In this document: positions 29,501 to 37,510 of the stretch, in pieces | Numbering within the stretch: position 1 is the stretch's first letter | Layout of the letters: each line of letters starts with the position of its first letter | NCBI GenBank assembly: GCA_021774575.1 | Contig: JAJFIX010000023.1 | Location: 4,166 to 68,165, forward strand | Reading direction: 5' to 3' | Source of the DNA: Alphaproteobacteria bacterium | GTDB lineage: Bacteria > Pseudomonadota > Alphaproteobacteria > UBA6615 | Length of the DNA: 64,000 nucleotides | Made by a program: the position numbers and the translations under genes | Notes under the pieces: generated by a model | What the model saw: only the letters and a program-made list of their open reading frames with translations | What the model was told of the DNA's origin: nothing | The model's database searches: none

Positions 29501-30791
29501 ATATCTGGATCAGCGGGTGGCGGGTGACCCGAATGAAACCGGCCAACGGACTGATGCAGCGGTGCGGCTAGACTATGTGCCTAGCCCGGATTTGCGGCTC
29601 TATGGTTTTGGACAGTCGACGGTTGATGTCTCCGGCCAACTTCAAGACTATGACCGTGGCGGCTTTGGCTTCAATGCGCGGGTCAGCGAGAAGGTTGATC
29701 TGGCGCTGGAGGCCTCCGACGGCTCAACCGGTCTTGGTGGTAACGCCAGACTGACCTACCGGCCGACCCCGGATGACGAGGTTTATCTTGGCTATGTCCT
29801 CGATCCAAACCGCACGGCGCCGACTAACAATCTGAGCGGTGCGGCGGATAACGGCACCTTTGTAATGGGTCGGCGGGTCCAGCAAACGGACTCAATGTCC
29901 TATTATGGTGAGCATAAATGGGATCTCTGGGGCGACCGGCGATCGATCGCGCGGACATTTGGTGTGTCCTATACGCCGGATGCGCGCTGGTCTGTTTCCG
30001 GTGCGATTGAAAACGGCGAGGTACGCGATGAAATCAACGGTGACTTTGACAGGACCGCTGTCTCTCTGGGCCTCGGTTATGGGGGCGAGGGTCGCGTAGA
30101 CGCAAGGTTGCGAATTGAATACCGGGTGGAAGATGGCGAAACGATCACCCAAGATCGGGAGACCTGGGCGCTGCTCGGCGGGCTCAATTACCGCGTCAGT
30201 GATGACTGGCGCGCGCTTGCCAGTGTCGACACGCATATCTCGCAAAGTGACCAGAGCGCATTTCTCGATGGCGAATTTGTTGAAGCGATCATTGGCTACG
30301 CCTACCGGCCGGTCGACAATGAACGACTGAACGTCCTTTTCAGATATCGCTACCTCTATGATTTGCCCGGACCCGATCAGGTGACGGCCGACGGATCGAC
30401 CGACGGGCCGTCGCAGGTCAGTCATGTGCTGTCGGTTGACGGTAACTATGACTTGACGCGGAAGCTAACCGTCGGCGCCAAGTATGGGTACCGCCTGTCC
30501 CAAACCGCTCCGCGCGGCACCCAGGTGTTTAGTGATGCAACGGCGCAACTGGCCGTCCTACGAGCTGACTGGCACGTCGTACATAAATGGGACATTCTTG
30601 CCGAGGGACGAACCCTGATTTCCGAGGAAATCGACACCACGGAATACGGAGCCCTGACCGGCGTCTATCGCCATCTTGGGAACAGTCTGAAGATTGGGCT
30701 GGGATACGAGTGGGGGCAAGTTTCCGACGACATGGCGAATATCGACTATCAGGGCCAGGGTGTTTTTCTCAACTTGCTGGGTAAATTTTAA
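20532..30791 (+). CDS. giant surface repeat protein (DUF11 / Cna-B / SdrD-B-like Ig-fold repeats) with large C-terminal beta-barrel-like region
   Basis: One uninterrupted ORF (20460-30791). Signal-like MQYRNDGPSRSFLHLAAVALFSASLLGFGGDAVAQS begins at the ATG at 20532, and 20460 is the alternative. There are many repeats of the type xxYTxxVxNxGPxxAxxVxxTDxLPxG, SdrD-B-like segments (FRDFTDDGAITAGDTGIGAVTMTLTG...; GKVFDDRDRDGYQNPDRSEPGIPGVRL), and three exact-period 123-aa repeats. The last ~770 aa are rich in alternating-hydrophobic strands and end in LLGKF (terminal Phe, OMP-type). Confidence 0.9.
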   Translation: MQYRNDGPSRSFLHLAAVALFSASLLGFGGDAVAQSVDWVLNLNDTGSDPTAAGGTITYNINVSNNGADPAPVTTIDLDVPAGTTLAATSGTITGCAPVPTAGPATVTCTIPALAAGGAVDLSADVVPVASGTVTIGAHVPTTVGAVTDFDTANNDQTENTTITAGADVELLISGPATAASGSQISYSFDATNNGPDPASNLTLSFPIPTGVSNITEPPGCSLSASTYTCAVSGPLAPGASVSLVFDVQISAASGSTVTPVATISVGSPVDPLASNNTDSLDTDITAGTDLRITKSRSPSGTLLVGDTVTFTLAGSYTGDDPSGITITDTIPAIYAIQSVTPSAGSGFACTVTLQDISCLRATGAGPGGNVSLGSISIVATAITAGSAVNTATIVATGPVDSNLSNNSDTDGGATIQDPTVDLRANKSGPNPPLIVDGNSYDFSISATNIGNADFFGTIVLTDSLPAGLTATGFVLNGWTCAPVPAAVLPIAGPAVIECTQIFTSGSPLASGATTSSAVIQTTATASGTITNSVTVSSPDANIADSNSGNDVATTTVTGSTLGASADILVEKTASLATLPAGDVQTFTLRVVNNGPIASANITLTDSLSGLINNSVGPTGAGLISVDDTSSVGLATGLTCSTASSGGSSRLLTCTIVNLPVCVGADCPIITVQVRPGGNGGSRTNTADAISSVTVDSDLTNNSASATFTVEPRADMTVTKVSSPSPATAGQDLTYVLTARNISNGLSAAASVTITDTLPNNVTFVSASPSAGSCTTTPILNSTTGAGNNTVSCSLGTINNGAQRTVTIVTRPNFVTRGTTLSNNVTVATTTIETDGTNNSAINLTPVVVPVLDLLVNKTDSVDPVAVGDDTVFSISVQNIGPSAAENVVFTDVMPPSRLSFQSVIVSAGGSCLTVPAVDSFGQTLECDFPRLLAGTSETITVTMRGTEKGTVFNTADVTSDEVVAGFDTNTTNNNVMEQTTVRSKADPEVVSKVASVNPVNLRDNFNFVITVRNNSGAGLAEADDVLVSDTLPTGMVLTGPPTVTAGLANVTGSTCTGLAGETSFTCDLGTFTGGGTAEITVPVEITSVSSNPQTIVNTASITTSSLDVNSANNTNSGSVDVNSSSISGSLFRDFTDDGAITAGDTGIGAVTMTLTGTSADGAAISRTVATAADGTFTFALLPEGNYTITRGTPSEPNLVDGTDTPGTAGGTVSAPITIAGISLGGNTAAANYLFALIPQASIGIAKTVQSGPTPNADGSYNVTFRLTVENLSLEALENIVVDDALAGASPLFGAFSALATPATDPLARGSYTILAAPSGSCGGLQAGFDGNAAQTVATGFGLAIGATCTIDLILRVQPSVPFPPVLASGGRYENQATVDGQGAVTGQTSATNAQLADSSDNGVNPDPNSNSQANEAGENDPTPVDPVYVRSVGLVKTVDTGALSTPAVAGDILTFGFTVTNTGDVTLTGLTLADPLPGISVSGGPIASLTPGASDSLTFTATYTLTQADVDAGQVVNQATVSGIDPFDGTVTDPSGTTTTNDTPLTTTLTPGPAIGLVKTANASGLSSPSVVGERITYSFAVTNTGNVTLSNVTLTDILPGIVISGGPIATLAPGATDATTFTATYDILQSDIDAGQVSNQATATGSPPFGADVNDLSGTTTGNDTPTVSSVTQAPAIDLQKTADDSAFLVTSAVPGDTLPFTFQVTNIGNTTLTGITITDPLPGIVITGGPIASLAPGATDSTTISGSYSITAADILAGQIDNTATTTGTYTDSGGSPQTVTDTDSATGIVVAIDANPEIFPPFTTDGGTTTSMLASDSVANQPATLANVTISVVTTDPELTLDPATGLITLAPGNPAGEYFVTYQICSTASPAVCDTAIETVTQSAIPSIEATKTQVLTDNGDGIDGVGDTLTYTITVENTGNVPVENIALTDTLTTLNTGFGLTLDGGPTFVSASSGSLEGDLAIGETATYTASFTLTIDALIGGGTSNTITVDALPVFGPAVPGTPAPILDVSDDGDDGDGNTTEDPTQFPIASSLAASGLTVTKTTPRGIVERGQIVPYTIAIRNDNPVVSGQLDIVDVLPPGFLYLDGSATLDGTPFSVDVAGRVVTWPDVPVPPLTTVTATLSARITTGAPSGELVNRASARNPNDNTPLAPVATATVRILPEAVFDCGDVIGKVFDDRDRDGYQNPDRSEPGIPGVRLVGIDGTTIVTDEFGRFHVPCAMLPDDRGTNFILKIDPHSLPAGYGMTSENPRIVRLTRGKLTEMNFGATAENIVRIDQNARVFVPQFGGQFDLIAARPVGLSALVDQIALDPQRPTEIRAMAAGIDIRFDTLDERRFLNVTTMGLRAAYRAGETVIFRTSSNYPRFIVRSEIRIRDRSHRRLIAVLPVLPNGQMPWMVPQSGTGEFDYVLRVYDGRGRYDETEPLSLVRTARSFNTHETVRGAAIAPGEGEDRTAIRNIPIRGGLVTAAGEGLAPGTRVLVMSEEVTVDLSGRFVVSRILPVGEHEVAVDVAHAGQVSRVVRNIEVPALTAFSVGIVDLTIGKQLENDLADADPDYDDTYAEGRLGYYGTAILPDGTRVTMSVDTGNGSLKDAFRRLDDRDPRDVLQRLDEDDLYPTYGDDSTAYDDAPTSGRAYFQIERGGARLTWGDFQSAIAGPEFLAGKRNLYGVDLNYTSPVVTTRGDARAQLSAYFAQPDTLPARDIMRGTGGSVYFLSRQDINNGSETVTVQIRDPQTGRIISTTTLVADLDYDINNIQGVIVLAAPLASSTTDGGLISSGVVGEFDVNLVVQYEYTPTAGDLDGASGAGRVELWARNNLRLGITGMRENTGVADQDMFGADLRWNLGETSYVETEFAQTVGPGFGRTLSANGGLTLDMTGPGTGTRADALRVDGHLNFAELNFGLEGHLDFYYERKDAGFATLNEDIAEDRELVGLSSELALSPRLRLGIDVEDFQKQGREHTQTSEVRASYSLNRVLTLSGAVEYLDQRVAGDPNETGQRTDAAVRLDYVPSPDLRLYGFGQSTVDVSGQLQDYDRGGFGFNARVSEKVDLALEASDGSTGLGGNARLTYRPTPDDEVYLGYVLDPNRTAPTNNLSGAADNGTFVMGRRVQQTDSMSYYGEHKWDLWGDRRSIARTFGVSYTPDARWSVSGAIENGEVRDEINGDFDRTAVSLGLGYGGEGRVDARLRIEYRVEDGETITQDRETWALLGGLNYRVSDDWRALASVDTHISQSDQSAFLDGEFVEAIIGYAYRPVDNERLNVLFRYRYLYDLPGPDQVTADGSTDGPSQVSHVLSVDGNYDLTRKLTVGAKYGYRLSQTAPRGTQVFSDATAQLAVLRADWHVVHKWDILAEGRTLISEEIDTTEYGALTGVYRHLGNSLKIGLGYEWGQVSDDMANIDYQGQGVFLNLLGKF
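24831..25937 (+). repeat. three in-frame tandem repeats of 369 bp (123 aa) inside the giant gene
   Basis: Repeat starts GLVKTVDTG (24831), GLVKTANAS (25200) and DLQKTADDS (25569) are spaced exactly 369 nt apart. The shared body is ...TNTGNVTL(T/S)xxTLxDxLPGIxISGGPIAxLAPGAxDxxTFTATYxxxQxDxDAGQxxNQATxxG. A fourth, diverged unit occurs near 26210. Confidence 0.85.
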
Positions 30792-30965
30792 TACTCGACG
30801 GAATTGGGGGTGGTGCCCAAATTAGGAGCAAAAGCCATATTGTGGTTAATTATTAGTCATTAATAGGTAGGCTTCACATCAAAATTTCGTTGCAATTTTG
30901 AGTGTAATATAAAATATATAATAAGAACAATGAGTTATATGATTTCTCCCGGGGCAAGAGAAAAC

Positions 30966-30982
30966 CTGGCACGGCACATGCA
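30966..30982 (+). promoter_or_regulatory. sigma54 (RpoN) -24/-12 promoter upstream of urtA
   Basis: CTGGCACGGCACATGCA versus consensus YTGGCACGrNNNTTGCW, with a single mismatch in the -12 element. It lies about 60 nt upstream of the urtA ATG. An AT-rich region sits upstream. Confidence 0.55.
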
Positions 30983-31042
30983 TACCTGACGGTGACAGGC
31001 CAAAGAGGCCAATGTTGCTGTTTTACCGATGGAGAAATCAAA

Positions 31043-32317
31043 ATGAATAATTTATTGCGCACAGCCGCGCTCGCCGGCGTCATCGCTGGGTCTGCCGCTT
31101 TTTCAGGCGGCGCACAGGCCGCCGATACGATCAAAGTCGGCGTGCTTCATTCACTCTCGGGCACCATGGCGATTAGCGAAACAACGCTGAAAGATACGGT
31201 GTTGATGCTTGTCGACAGTTTGAATGCCAATGGTGGTCTGCTCGGCCAACAGGTTGAGGCGGTTGTCGTCGATCCGGCATCGGACTGGCCGCTGTTTGCC
31301 GAAAAAGCCCGCGAACTCCTGGAAGTTGAGGAGGTCGACGTCATTTTCGGCAACTGGACATCGGTTTCGCGAAAATCGGTTTTGCCGGTGGTCGAAGAGC
31401 TGAATGGATTGTTGTTTTATCCGGTTCAGTATGAGGGCGAAGAAAGCTCCCGCAACGTTTTCTATACCGGTGCGGCACCCAACCAGCAGGCGATACCGGC
31501 AGTCGAGTATCTGATGAGCGATGCCGGAGGTGCGGCCGAGCGTTGGGTTTTGCTGGGCACCGATTACGTCTATCCGCGTACGACCAACAAAATTCTTCGG
31601 GCTTTCCTGCATGAAAATGGCGTCGATGACGCAGATATTATCGAGAGCTACACCCCGTTCGGACACTCTGATTGGCAAAATATCATTGCCGAAGTCGGTG
31701 ATTTTGCTTCTCAGGGCAAGCGCACGGCGGTCATTTCGACGATCAATGGTGATGCCAATGTGCCGTTCTATAAGGAGCTTGGAAACCAAGGCATTTCTGC
31801 CGAGGACGTTCCCGTCGTTGCATTCTCGGTCGGAGAGGAAGAGCTTTCCGGTCTCGATACGAGCAATTTGATTGGGCATCTGGCCGCGTGGAACTATTTC
31901 CAGAGTGTCGATACGCCGGCAAACCGGGCATTCATCGATCAGTGGCACGCCTATATTGGCGACGATAGCCGGGTCACCAACGATCCGATGGAAGCACATT
32001 ATATCGGCTTTAATATGTGGGTTCAGGCGGTAGAGCTTGCCGGAACAACCGATGTCGATGCGGTGCGAACGGCAATGTATGGCCAAGAGGTGGCGAACCT
32101 GACCGGCGGAACCGCGGTCATGAACACCAATCATCATCTGTCCAAGCCTGTGCTGATCGGTGAGATTCTTGATGACGGTCAGTTTGATGTTGTCTGGCAG
32201 ACCGACGGTCTCGTCCGTGGCGACGCCTGGTCGGATTTCCTGCCGGAAAGTCAAAATCTAGTCTCTGACTGGTCGGCACCGTTTAGCTGTGGCAACTGCC
32301 CGCGGCCGGCAAACTAG
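31043..32317 (+). CDS. urtA: urea ABC transporter substrate-binding protein
   Basis: Signal MNNLLRTAALAGVIAGSAAFSGGAQA followed by IKVGVLHSLSGTMAISE, typical of UrtA (LivK-like fold). GGAGAA RBS. Followed by urtBCDE. Confidence 0.9.
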   Translation: MNNLLRTAALAGVIAGSAAFSGGAQAADTIKVGVLHSLSGTMAISETTLKDTVLMLVDSLNANGGLLGQQVEAVVVDPASDWPLFAEKARELLEVEEVDVIFGNWTSVSRKSVLPVVEELNGLLFYPVQYEGEESSRNVFYTGAAPNQQAIPAVEYLMSDAGGAAERWVLLGTDYVYPRTTNKILRAFLHENGVDDADIIESYTPFGHSDWQNIIAEVGDFASQGKRTAVISTINGDANVPFYKELGNQGISAEDVPVVAFSVGEEELSGLDTSNLIGHLAAWNYFQSVDTPANRAFIDQWHAYIGDDSRVTNDPMEAHYIGFNMWVQAVELAGTTDVDAVRTAMYGQEVANLTGGTAVMNTNHHLSKPVLIGEILDDGQFDVVWQTDGLVRGDAWSDFLPESQNLVSDWSAPFSCGNCPRPAN

Positions 32318-32411
32318 TCTGTCGACGAATTGATTGGACGGTCGGAGCGCTAAGTCACTGGCGCTCCGGCCTCTGGTTTTTCCAAAACCATCATGAGAAC
32401 ACCGGGTGCCT

Positions 32412-34034
32412 ATGTCCCTCCTCAACCGTTTTGCCGTTCTCCTTTTTTGCTTGGTTGCCGTTGGTGCGCTTGTGCCGTCAAATGGGTCGGCGGCTGATCT
32501 CGATACGATCATCGCGCTCGGGTCGGATGGTTTTGCGGAGAAAGTTGCGGCGATTGAAGCGGTCGCGTCGCAAGGTGGTGAAAATGCAATTCCGGTTCTC
32601 GAAGCTTTTCTCGAAGGCAATCTCTATGTGGTTAAGGCGGATCTAAAAACCGTCATAGCCCGAGAGGAGGGCACGGCCTTTATCCTTATCGATCCGGTCA
32701 CGCTCGATGAAATCGGCCAGGTCGACAGCGATGCCATTAGAAAAATTCGGACCAATAATCGGTTGCGCGGCATCATCCGGGGCGCGATTGGCGGCTTGCA
32801 GCTCTTTAGTAGCGACCGGGGTGAACGCATCGTCGCCGCCGAGGCGGTATTTAAATCGCGAAAGATCGAGATGATCCCACGTCTGGAGTTGGCTCTAGCC
32901 AGGGAAGAAGACGAAAGAGCTCGCACGCAATTAGAGTTGGCGTTGGCGGCCACCCAGCTCACGGTATCTGGAAATAAGGCGCTGCAACTTGCGGCTATCG
33001 AGACATTGTCAGGGCATACCAGCCAGGACATCCGGTCACTACTCGCGGCGAAAATTTCTAACACCAGCGATAATGAGGTGCGGGATTCCGCCCAGCTCGC
33101 CGTTGAGGAGATCGAGGCACGACTGGCATTCCGGGGAAATATTGCCAATATTTTTCGCGGCGTCAGCCTTGGTTCTGTTCTTCTGTTAGCTGCTGTTGGA
33201 TTGGCGATCACCTTCGGCGTGATGGGGGTGATCAATATGGCGCATGGCGAATTGATCATGATTGGCGCTTACACAACTTTTGTCGTGCAAGATTTGTTTC
33301 GGTCCTATCTGCCCGATTGGTTTGGCTATTCACTTTTTGTCGCCGTGCCCGCTGCATTCATGGTTGGCGGTTTGATCGGTATTCTCATCGAGCGATTTAT
33401 GATCCGCTTTCTTTATGGGCGGCCCCTCGAAACGCTTCTGGCGACATGGGGCCTTAGTCTCATTTTGCAGCAGGCGGTGCGCACGATTTTCGGCCCGACC
33501 AATCGTGAGGTCGGCAACCCGAGTTGGATGAGCGGCAGTCTGGAGGTCGCCGGTGGGCTCGCGCTGACTTATAATCGGATCTATATCATCCTCTTTTCAA
33601 TATTGGTTGTCGGGCTACTGGCGCTCCTAATGCGCAAGACCAGTTTTGGCCTGCAAATGCGTGCGGTAACCCAGAACCGGCGCATGGCCGGGTCAATGGG
33701 CATTCGTTCCGGTCGGGTGGATGCACTGACCTTCGGTCTTGGTTCGGCGATTGCCGGTATTGCCGGCGTTGCTCTCAGCCAAATAGACAATGTCAGCCCC
33801 AATCTAGGCCAAGCCTATATCATCGATAGCTTCCTTGTCGTCGTTTTGGGCGGGGTCGGTAATTTGTGGGGGACGGTTGTCGGAGCGCTTACCCTAGGCA
33901 TGACCAACAAATTTCTGGAGCCATATGCAGGCGCCGTACTGGCCAAAATTTTCGTGTTGGTGGCAATAATTTTATTCATCCAAAAAAGACCCCGAGGCAT
34001 GTTCGCCCTCAAAGGTCGTGCGGTGGAGGGGTAG
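32412..34034 (+). CDS. urtB: urea ABC transporter permease with long N-terminal periplasmic (HEAT-like repeat) domain
   Basis: The C-terminal ~290 aa is a LivH-like permease (AVGLAITFGVMGVINMAHGE...). About 240 aa of N-terminal extension carries a signal peptide. GTG at 32406 is an alternative start. Confidence 0.9.
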   Translation: MSLLNRFAVLLFCLVAVGALVPSNGSAADLDTIIALGSDGFAEKVAAIEAVASQGGENAIPVLEAFLEGNLYVVKADLKTVIAREEGTAFILIDPVTLDEIGQVDSDAIRKIRTNNRLRGIIRGAIGGLQLFSSDRGERIVAAEAVFKSRKIEMIPRLELALAREEDERARTQLELALAATQLTVSGNKALQLAAIETLSGHTSQDIRSLLAAKISNTSDNEVRDSAQLAVEEIEARLAFRGNIANIFRGVSLGSVLLLAAVGLAITFGVMGVINMAHGELIMIGAYTTFVVQDLFRSYLPDWFGYSLFVAVPAAFMVGGLIGILIERFMIRFLYGRPLETLLATWGLSLILQQAVRTIFGPTNREVGNPSWMSGSLEVAGGLALTYNRIYIILFSILVVGLLALLMRKTSFGLQMRAVTQNRRMAGSMGIRSGRVDALTFGLGSAIAGIAGVALSQIDNVSPNLGQAYIIDSFLVVVLGGVGNLWGTVVGALTLGMTNKFLEPYAGAVLAKIFVLVAIILFIQKRPRGMFALKGRAVEG

Positions 34035-34037
34035 GGG

Positions 34038-35153
34038 ATGGCGCGAAAATCGATCTTTTTCTTTCTCCTCGGAGATCGCGGCGGGCAAATTCTTCTGGGT
34101 TTGCTGATGGTTTCTGCCGTGGCTATCCCAGTGCTCAATCTCTTGGTTCCCCCGACCTCGTTTTTTCATGTCCCGACCTTCATGGTCAGCTTGTTTGGGA
34201 AATATCTGACATTTGCGCTACTGGCTTTAAGTGTCGATTTGATCTGGGGTTTCTCGGGCATCCTATCCCTGGGCCATGGTGCATTTTTTGCCCTTGGTGG
34301 CTATGCGATGGGCATGCATCTGATGCGCCAGATCGGTGATCGCGGGGTCTATTCAAATCCGATCTTGCCCGATTTCATGGTGTTTCTTGATTGGCAGGAA
34401 TTGCCTTGGTTTTGGCTTGGGTTTGATAATTTTGCCTTCGCTGCTCTGATGGTGGTCGTTGCACCGGGGGCGCTGGCCTTCGTATTTGGCTGGTTTGCGT
34501 TTCGCTCCCGGGTGACCGGGGTCTATTTTTCAATCATCACCCAGGCCATGACATTTGCCTTGATGTTGGCATTTTTTCGCAATGATATGGGGTTTGGCGG
34601 CAATAACGGCCTTACCGATTTCAAGGATATTCTGGGTTTCAGCCTGCAGGCCGATGGGACACGCGCCGCGCTCTTTTCCGCATCCGCCATCGCGTTGGCG
34701 CTGGGTTATCTATTATGTCGTTTCATTGTGACCTCACGTTTCGGTCAAGTCTTGGTGGCGATCAGGGATGCAGAGAGTAGGGCGCGGTTTCTCGGCTATC
34801 GCGTCGAGCATTACAAACTCTTTGCCTTTGTCGTTTCGGGGGTTTTGGCCGGGGTAGCTGGAGCTCTTTATGTCCCGCAAGTCGGTATCATTAATCCCAG
34901 CGAATTTACCCCGGCCCGCTCGATAGAAATCATAATCTGGGTGGCGGTTGGTGGGCGCGGCACCCTCTATGGTGCCGTACTCGGGGCAATCATAATTAAT
35001 TATGCGAGAAGCTATTTCACCGGCGCCTTGCCCGAGGCTTGGTTGTTTATTCTCGGTGGATTATTCATCCTCACAACGATTTTTCTACCCAGGGGCATTA
35101 CCGGTTCCATTCCAAGTTTTTCGTTTGGTGGGAAAAAGGAGGCCGCGAAATGA
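34038..35153 (+). CDS. urtC: urea ABC transporter permease
   Basis: LivM-like permease (LSLGHGAFFALGGYAMGM, GGNNGLTDF). Position in the urt operon supports the call. Confidence 0.9.
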   Translation: MARKSIFFFLLGDRGGQILLGLLMVSAVAIPVLNLLVPPTSFFHVPTFMVSLFGKYLTFALLALSVDLIWGFSGILSLGHGAFFALGGYAMGMHLMRQIGDRGVYSNPILPDFMVFLDWQELPWFWLGFDNFAFAALMVVVAPGALAFVFGWFAFRSRVTGVYFSIITQAMTFALMLAFFRNDMGFGGNNGLTDFKDILGFSLQADGTRAALFSASAIALALGYLLCRFIVTSRFGQVLVAIRDAESRARFLGYRVEHYKLFAFVVSGVLAGVAGALYVPQVGIINPSEFTPARSIEIIIWVAVGGRGTLYGAVLGAIIINYARSYFTGALPEAWLFILGGLFILTTIFLPRGITGSIPSFSFGGKKEAAK

Positions 35154-35896
35154 GCGCCACGGGCAATGTCCTCTATCTCGATAATGTGTCGGTGAGCTTC
35201 GATGGATTCAAAGCATTGAACGGCTTGAATTTATATCTCTCGACAGGGGAATTGCGGGCGATCATCGGGCCCAACGGTGCCGGAAAAACGACAATGATGG
35301 ATGTTGTGACGGGCAAGACCAAACCGGATTCGGGCAAAATATTTTTCAAAGGTGATCTTGAATTAACCAGATTTGATGAGGCACAAATCGCCAATTTGGG
35401 GGTCGGCCGAAAATTCCAGAAGCCAACGGTATTCGAAAACCAAACGGTGTTTGAAAACCTCGAATTAGCCTTGAAGGGAACGCGCGGGCTGTTGCCCGCC
35501 CTGTTTCATCGACGGACAAGAGCACAGGACGCGCGGATTGAAGAGGTCTTCGATATAATAAACCTCAACTCTGAGCCCGACAAATTGGCTGGCTCCTTGT
35601 CGCACGGTCAAAAGCAATGGCTTGAGATCGGAATGTTGTTGATGCAGGACCCGGAATTACTGCTGGTCGATGAGCCTGCGGCGGGCATGACCGACAGGGA
35701 AACCGAGCAAACGGCGGAGCTCTTAAAAGAAATCGCGAAATCTCATTCGGTTGTTGTCGTCGAGCATGACATGGAATTCGTGCGGGCCCTTGATTGCCGG
35801 GTCACGGTTTTGCACGAAGGCAGCACAATTGCCGAGGGCTCCTTGGCACATGTGCAAAATGATGAGCGTGTCATCGAAATATATCTGGGGCGATAG
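35150..35896 (+). CDS. urtD: urea ABC transporter ATP-binding protein
   Basis: ATGA overlap with urtC. Walker A GPNGAGKTT, signature LSHGQKQWLE, Walker B LLLVDEPAAG. Confidence 0.9.
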   Translation: MSATGNVLYLDNVSVSFDGFKALNGLNLYLSTGELRAIIGPNGAGKTTMMDVVTGKTKPDSGKIFFKGDLELTRFDEAQIANLGVGRKFQKPTVFENQTVFENLELALKGTRGLLPALFHRRTRAQDARIEEVFDIINLNSEPDKLAGSLSHGQKQWLEIGMLLMQDPELLLVDEPAAGMTDRETEQTAELLKEIAKSHSVVVVEHDMEFVRALDCRVTVLHEGSTIAEGSLAHVQNDERVIEIYLGR

Positions 35897-35899
35897 ATC

Positions 35900-36595
35900 A
35901 TGCTCAAAATCCAGGAGGTCGATCTTTTTTACGGCGCCAGCCAGGCTTTGCGCGGCGTCAATTTGCAGGCGGAAAAAGGCCAGGTCACATGCGTCATGGG
36001 CCGCAATGGCGTCGGAAAAACCAGTTTGATGAATGCGGTTGTTGGCCAGCAAGCGATTGCCGGTGGCAAAATATTATGGGAGGGCGAAAATATTGGCGCA
36101 TTCTCTACCTCCAAGCGCGCGGCAAAGGGAATAGCTTATGTGCCTCAAGGCCGGGAGATATTTCCGTTGCTTAATGTGAAGGAAAACCTGCAAACCGGTT
36201 ATGCGGCGCTGCCGCGTAGCTTGCGCCATGTTCCCGATGAGATATTCCATTTGTTTCCGGTCTTGAAAGATATGCTGGGGCGTCGCGGCGGTGACCTTTC
36301 CGGCGGTCAACAGCAGCAGCTCGCGATTGCCCGTGCCTTGGTAACTCGCCCCCGGTTGCTGGTTTTGGACGAGCCGACCGAGGGCATACAGCCGTCGATC
36401 ATCAAGGATATTGCACGAGTCATTCGGATGCTGCGCGATGGTGGTGATATAGCGATATTGCTGGTCGAACAATATTTCGAATTCGCTCGCGATTTGGCCG
36501 ATGCCTTTGTCGTAATGGAGCGGGGAGAAATTGTGCTGTCGGGGACCGGTCAGGATATGGTTGAATCGGAGGTGCGGCGCCACCTGACCGTATAG
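35900..36595 (+). CDS. urtE: urea ABC transporter ATP-binding protein
   Basis: Walker A GRNGVGKTS, signature LSGGQQQQLA, Walker B LLVLDEPTEG. Confidence 0.9.
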   Translation: MLKIQEVDLFYGASQALRGVNLQAEKGQVTCVMGRNGVGKTSLMNAVVGQQAIAGGKILWEGENIGAFSTSKRAAKGIAYVPQGREIFPLLNVKENLQTGYAALPRSLRHVPDEIFHLFPVLKDMLGRRGGDLSGGQQQQLAIARALVTRPRLLVLDEPTEGIQPSIIKDIARVIRMLRDGGDIAILLVEQYFEFARDLADAFVVMERGEIVLSGTGQDMVESEVRRHLTV

Positions 36596-36597
36596 GC

Positions 36598-37479
36598 ATG
36601 ACCGATGAGAGCTCTCAAATGGCAACTACCCTTCAAGAATCCAGACCCACAGCGCTGACTAAATTACAGCGCGGTGACGGTGCTGTGGAGTTGGGGCTCT
36701 CCCACACCGATGGCCGCACTCGGTTGAGCCATCTTTATCAGCGCGCCCCGGCAAAACTCTTGATGCCCGATCCGGCGCCGGGTGATCCGCTCACCGCCGT
36801 GATTGCGACGATCTCGGGTGGGCTAACCGGTGGTGATCGGTTGTCGGTCTCAGTCAAAGCTGGTCAGGAGACGGAGGCGTTAGTGACAACGCAAGCGGCG
36901 GAGAGAATTTATCGCTCGGTGGGGCCGGACGTTGAAATGGAGATTGAGATTGAGGTGGATCGTGGGCGCTTGGAATGGTTGCCTCAGGAGACAATTTTGT
37001 TTGATGGGGCAAAGTTGCGGCGACGAACGCATATACGGGCTGAAGCCGGCGCGACGATTTTGGCTGGTGATATGGTTACGTTTGGGCGGCGCGCGCGGGG
37101 CGAACGTTTTCACACCGGTGCGCTGCTTGATAGTTGGCGGGTGACGCGGGCGGGAAAACTCATTTGGGCGGACGGGTTATGCCTCGGCCCGGAACCTGCT
37201 TCCATGCTTGAACATCCGGCCGGGTTGGCTGGTGCCGCCGCGTTCGCCAGCATGGTTGTCGTTGCCGACAATGTTCAACCCTTTAAAGAAGTCGCGCAAA
37301 AAATCTTGTCCGACGTGTCGGTTTTTGCCGGTGTCACCGAGGTGAATTCGGTATTATTACTGCGCATGTTGGATGAAGATGCGACGGTTTTGCGCGACAC
37401 CTTCGGCGGAGTTTGGTGCCGGATGAGACATGAAATGTTTGGCTTTCCGGCGCGCCTGCCGCGACTTTGGTATTGTTGA
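36598..37479 (+). CDS. ureD: urease accessory protein UreD
   Basis: About 290 aa with UreD-like features ([31 protein letters not shown]). Lies immediately upstream of ureABC and starts 3 nt after the urtE stop. Confidence 0.85.
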   Translation: MTDESSQMATTLQESRPTALTKLQRGDGAVELGLSHTDGRTRLSHLYQRAPAKLLMPDPAPGDPLTAVIATISGGLTGGDRLSVSVKAGQETEALVTTQAAERIYRSVGPDVEMEIEIEVDRGRLEWLPQETILFDGAKLRRRTHIRAEAGATILAGDMVTFGRRARGERFHTGALLDSWRVTRAGKLIWADGLCLGPEPASMLEHPAGLAGAAAFASMVVVADNVQPFKEVAQKILSDVSVFAGVTEVNSVLLLRMLDEDATVLRDTFGGVWCRMRHEMFGFPARLPRLWYC

Positions 37480-37510
37480 TCGCCGATATAGAAAAGAGAG
37501 GGTGGCAAAA

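Noticed and set aside
31151-32254. A 367-aa minus-strand ORF opposite urtA.
   Set aside because: The + strand frame is an unmistakable UrtA. The antisense product has no motifs and is rich in Arg, Ile and Asp.
37430-37510. The ORF-track start (ATG 37430) for ureA, and similarly 37954 for ureC, 35039 for urtD, 30992 for urtA and 1385 for the first M24 gene.
   Set aside because: These N-terminal extensions overlap the preceding genes in another frame and add non-homologous sequence. Canonical N-termini begin at internal TTG, GTG or ATG codons with better RBS or ATGA coupling.
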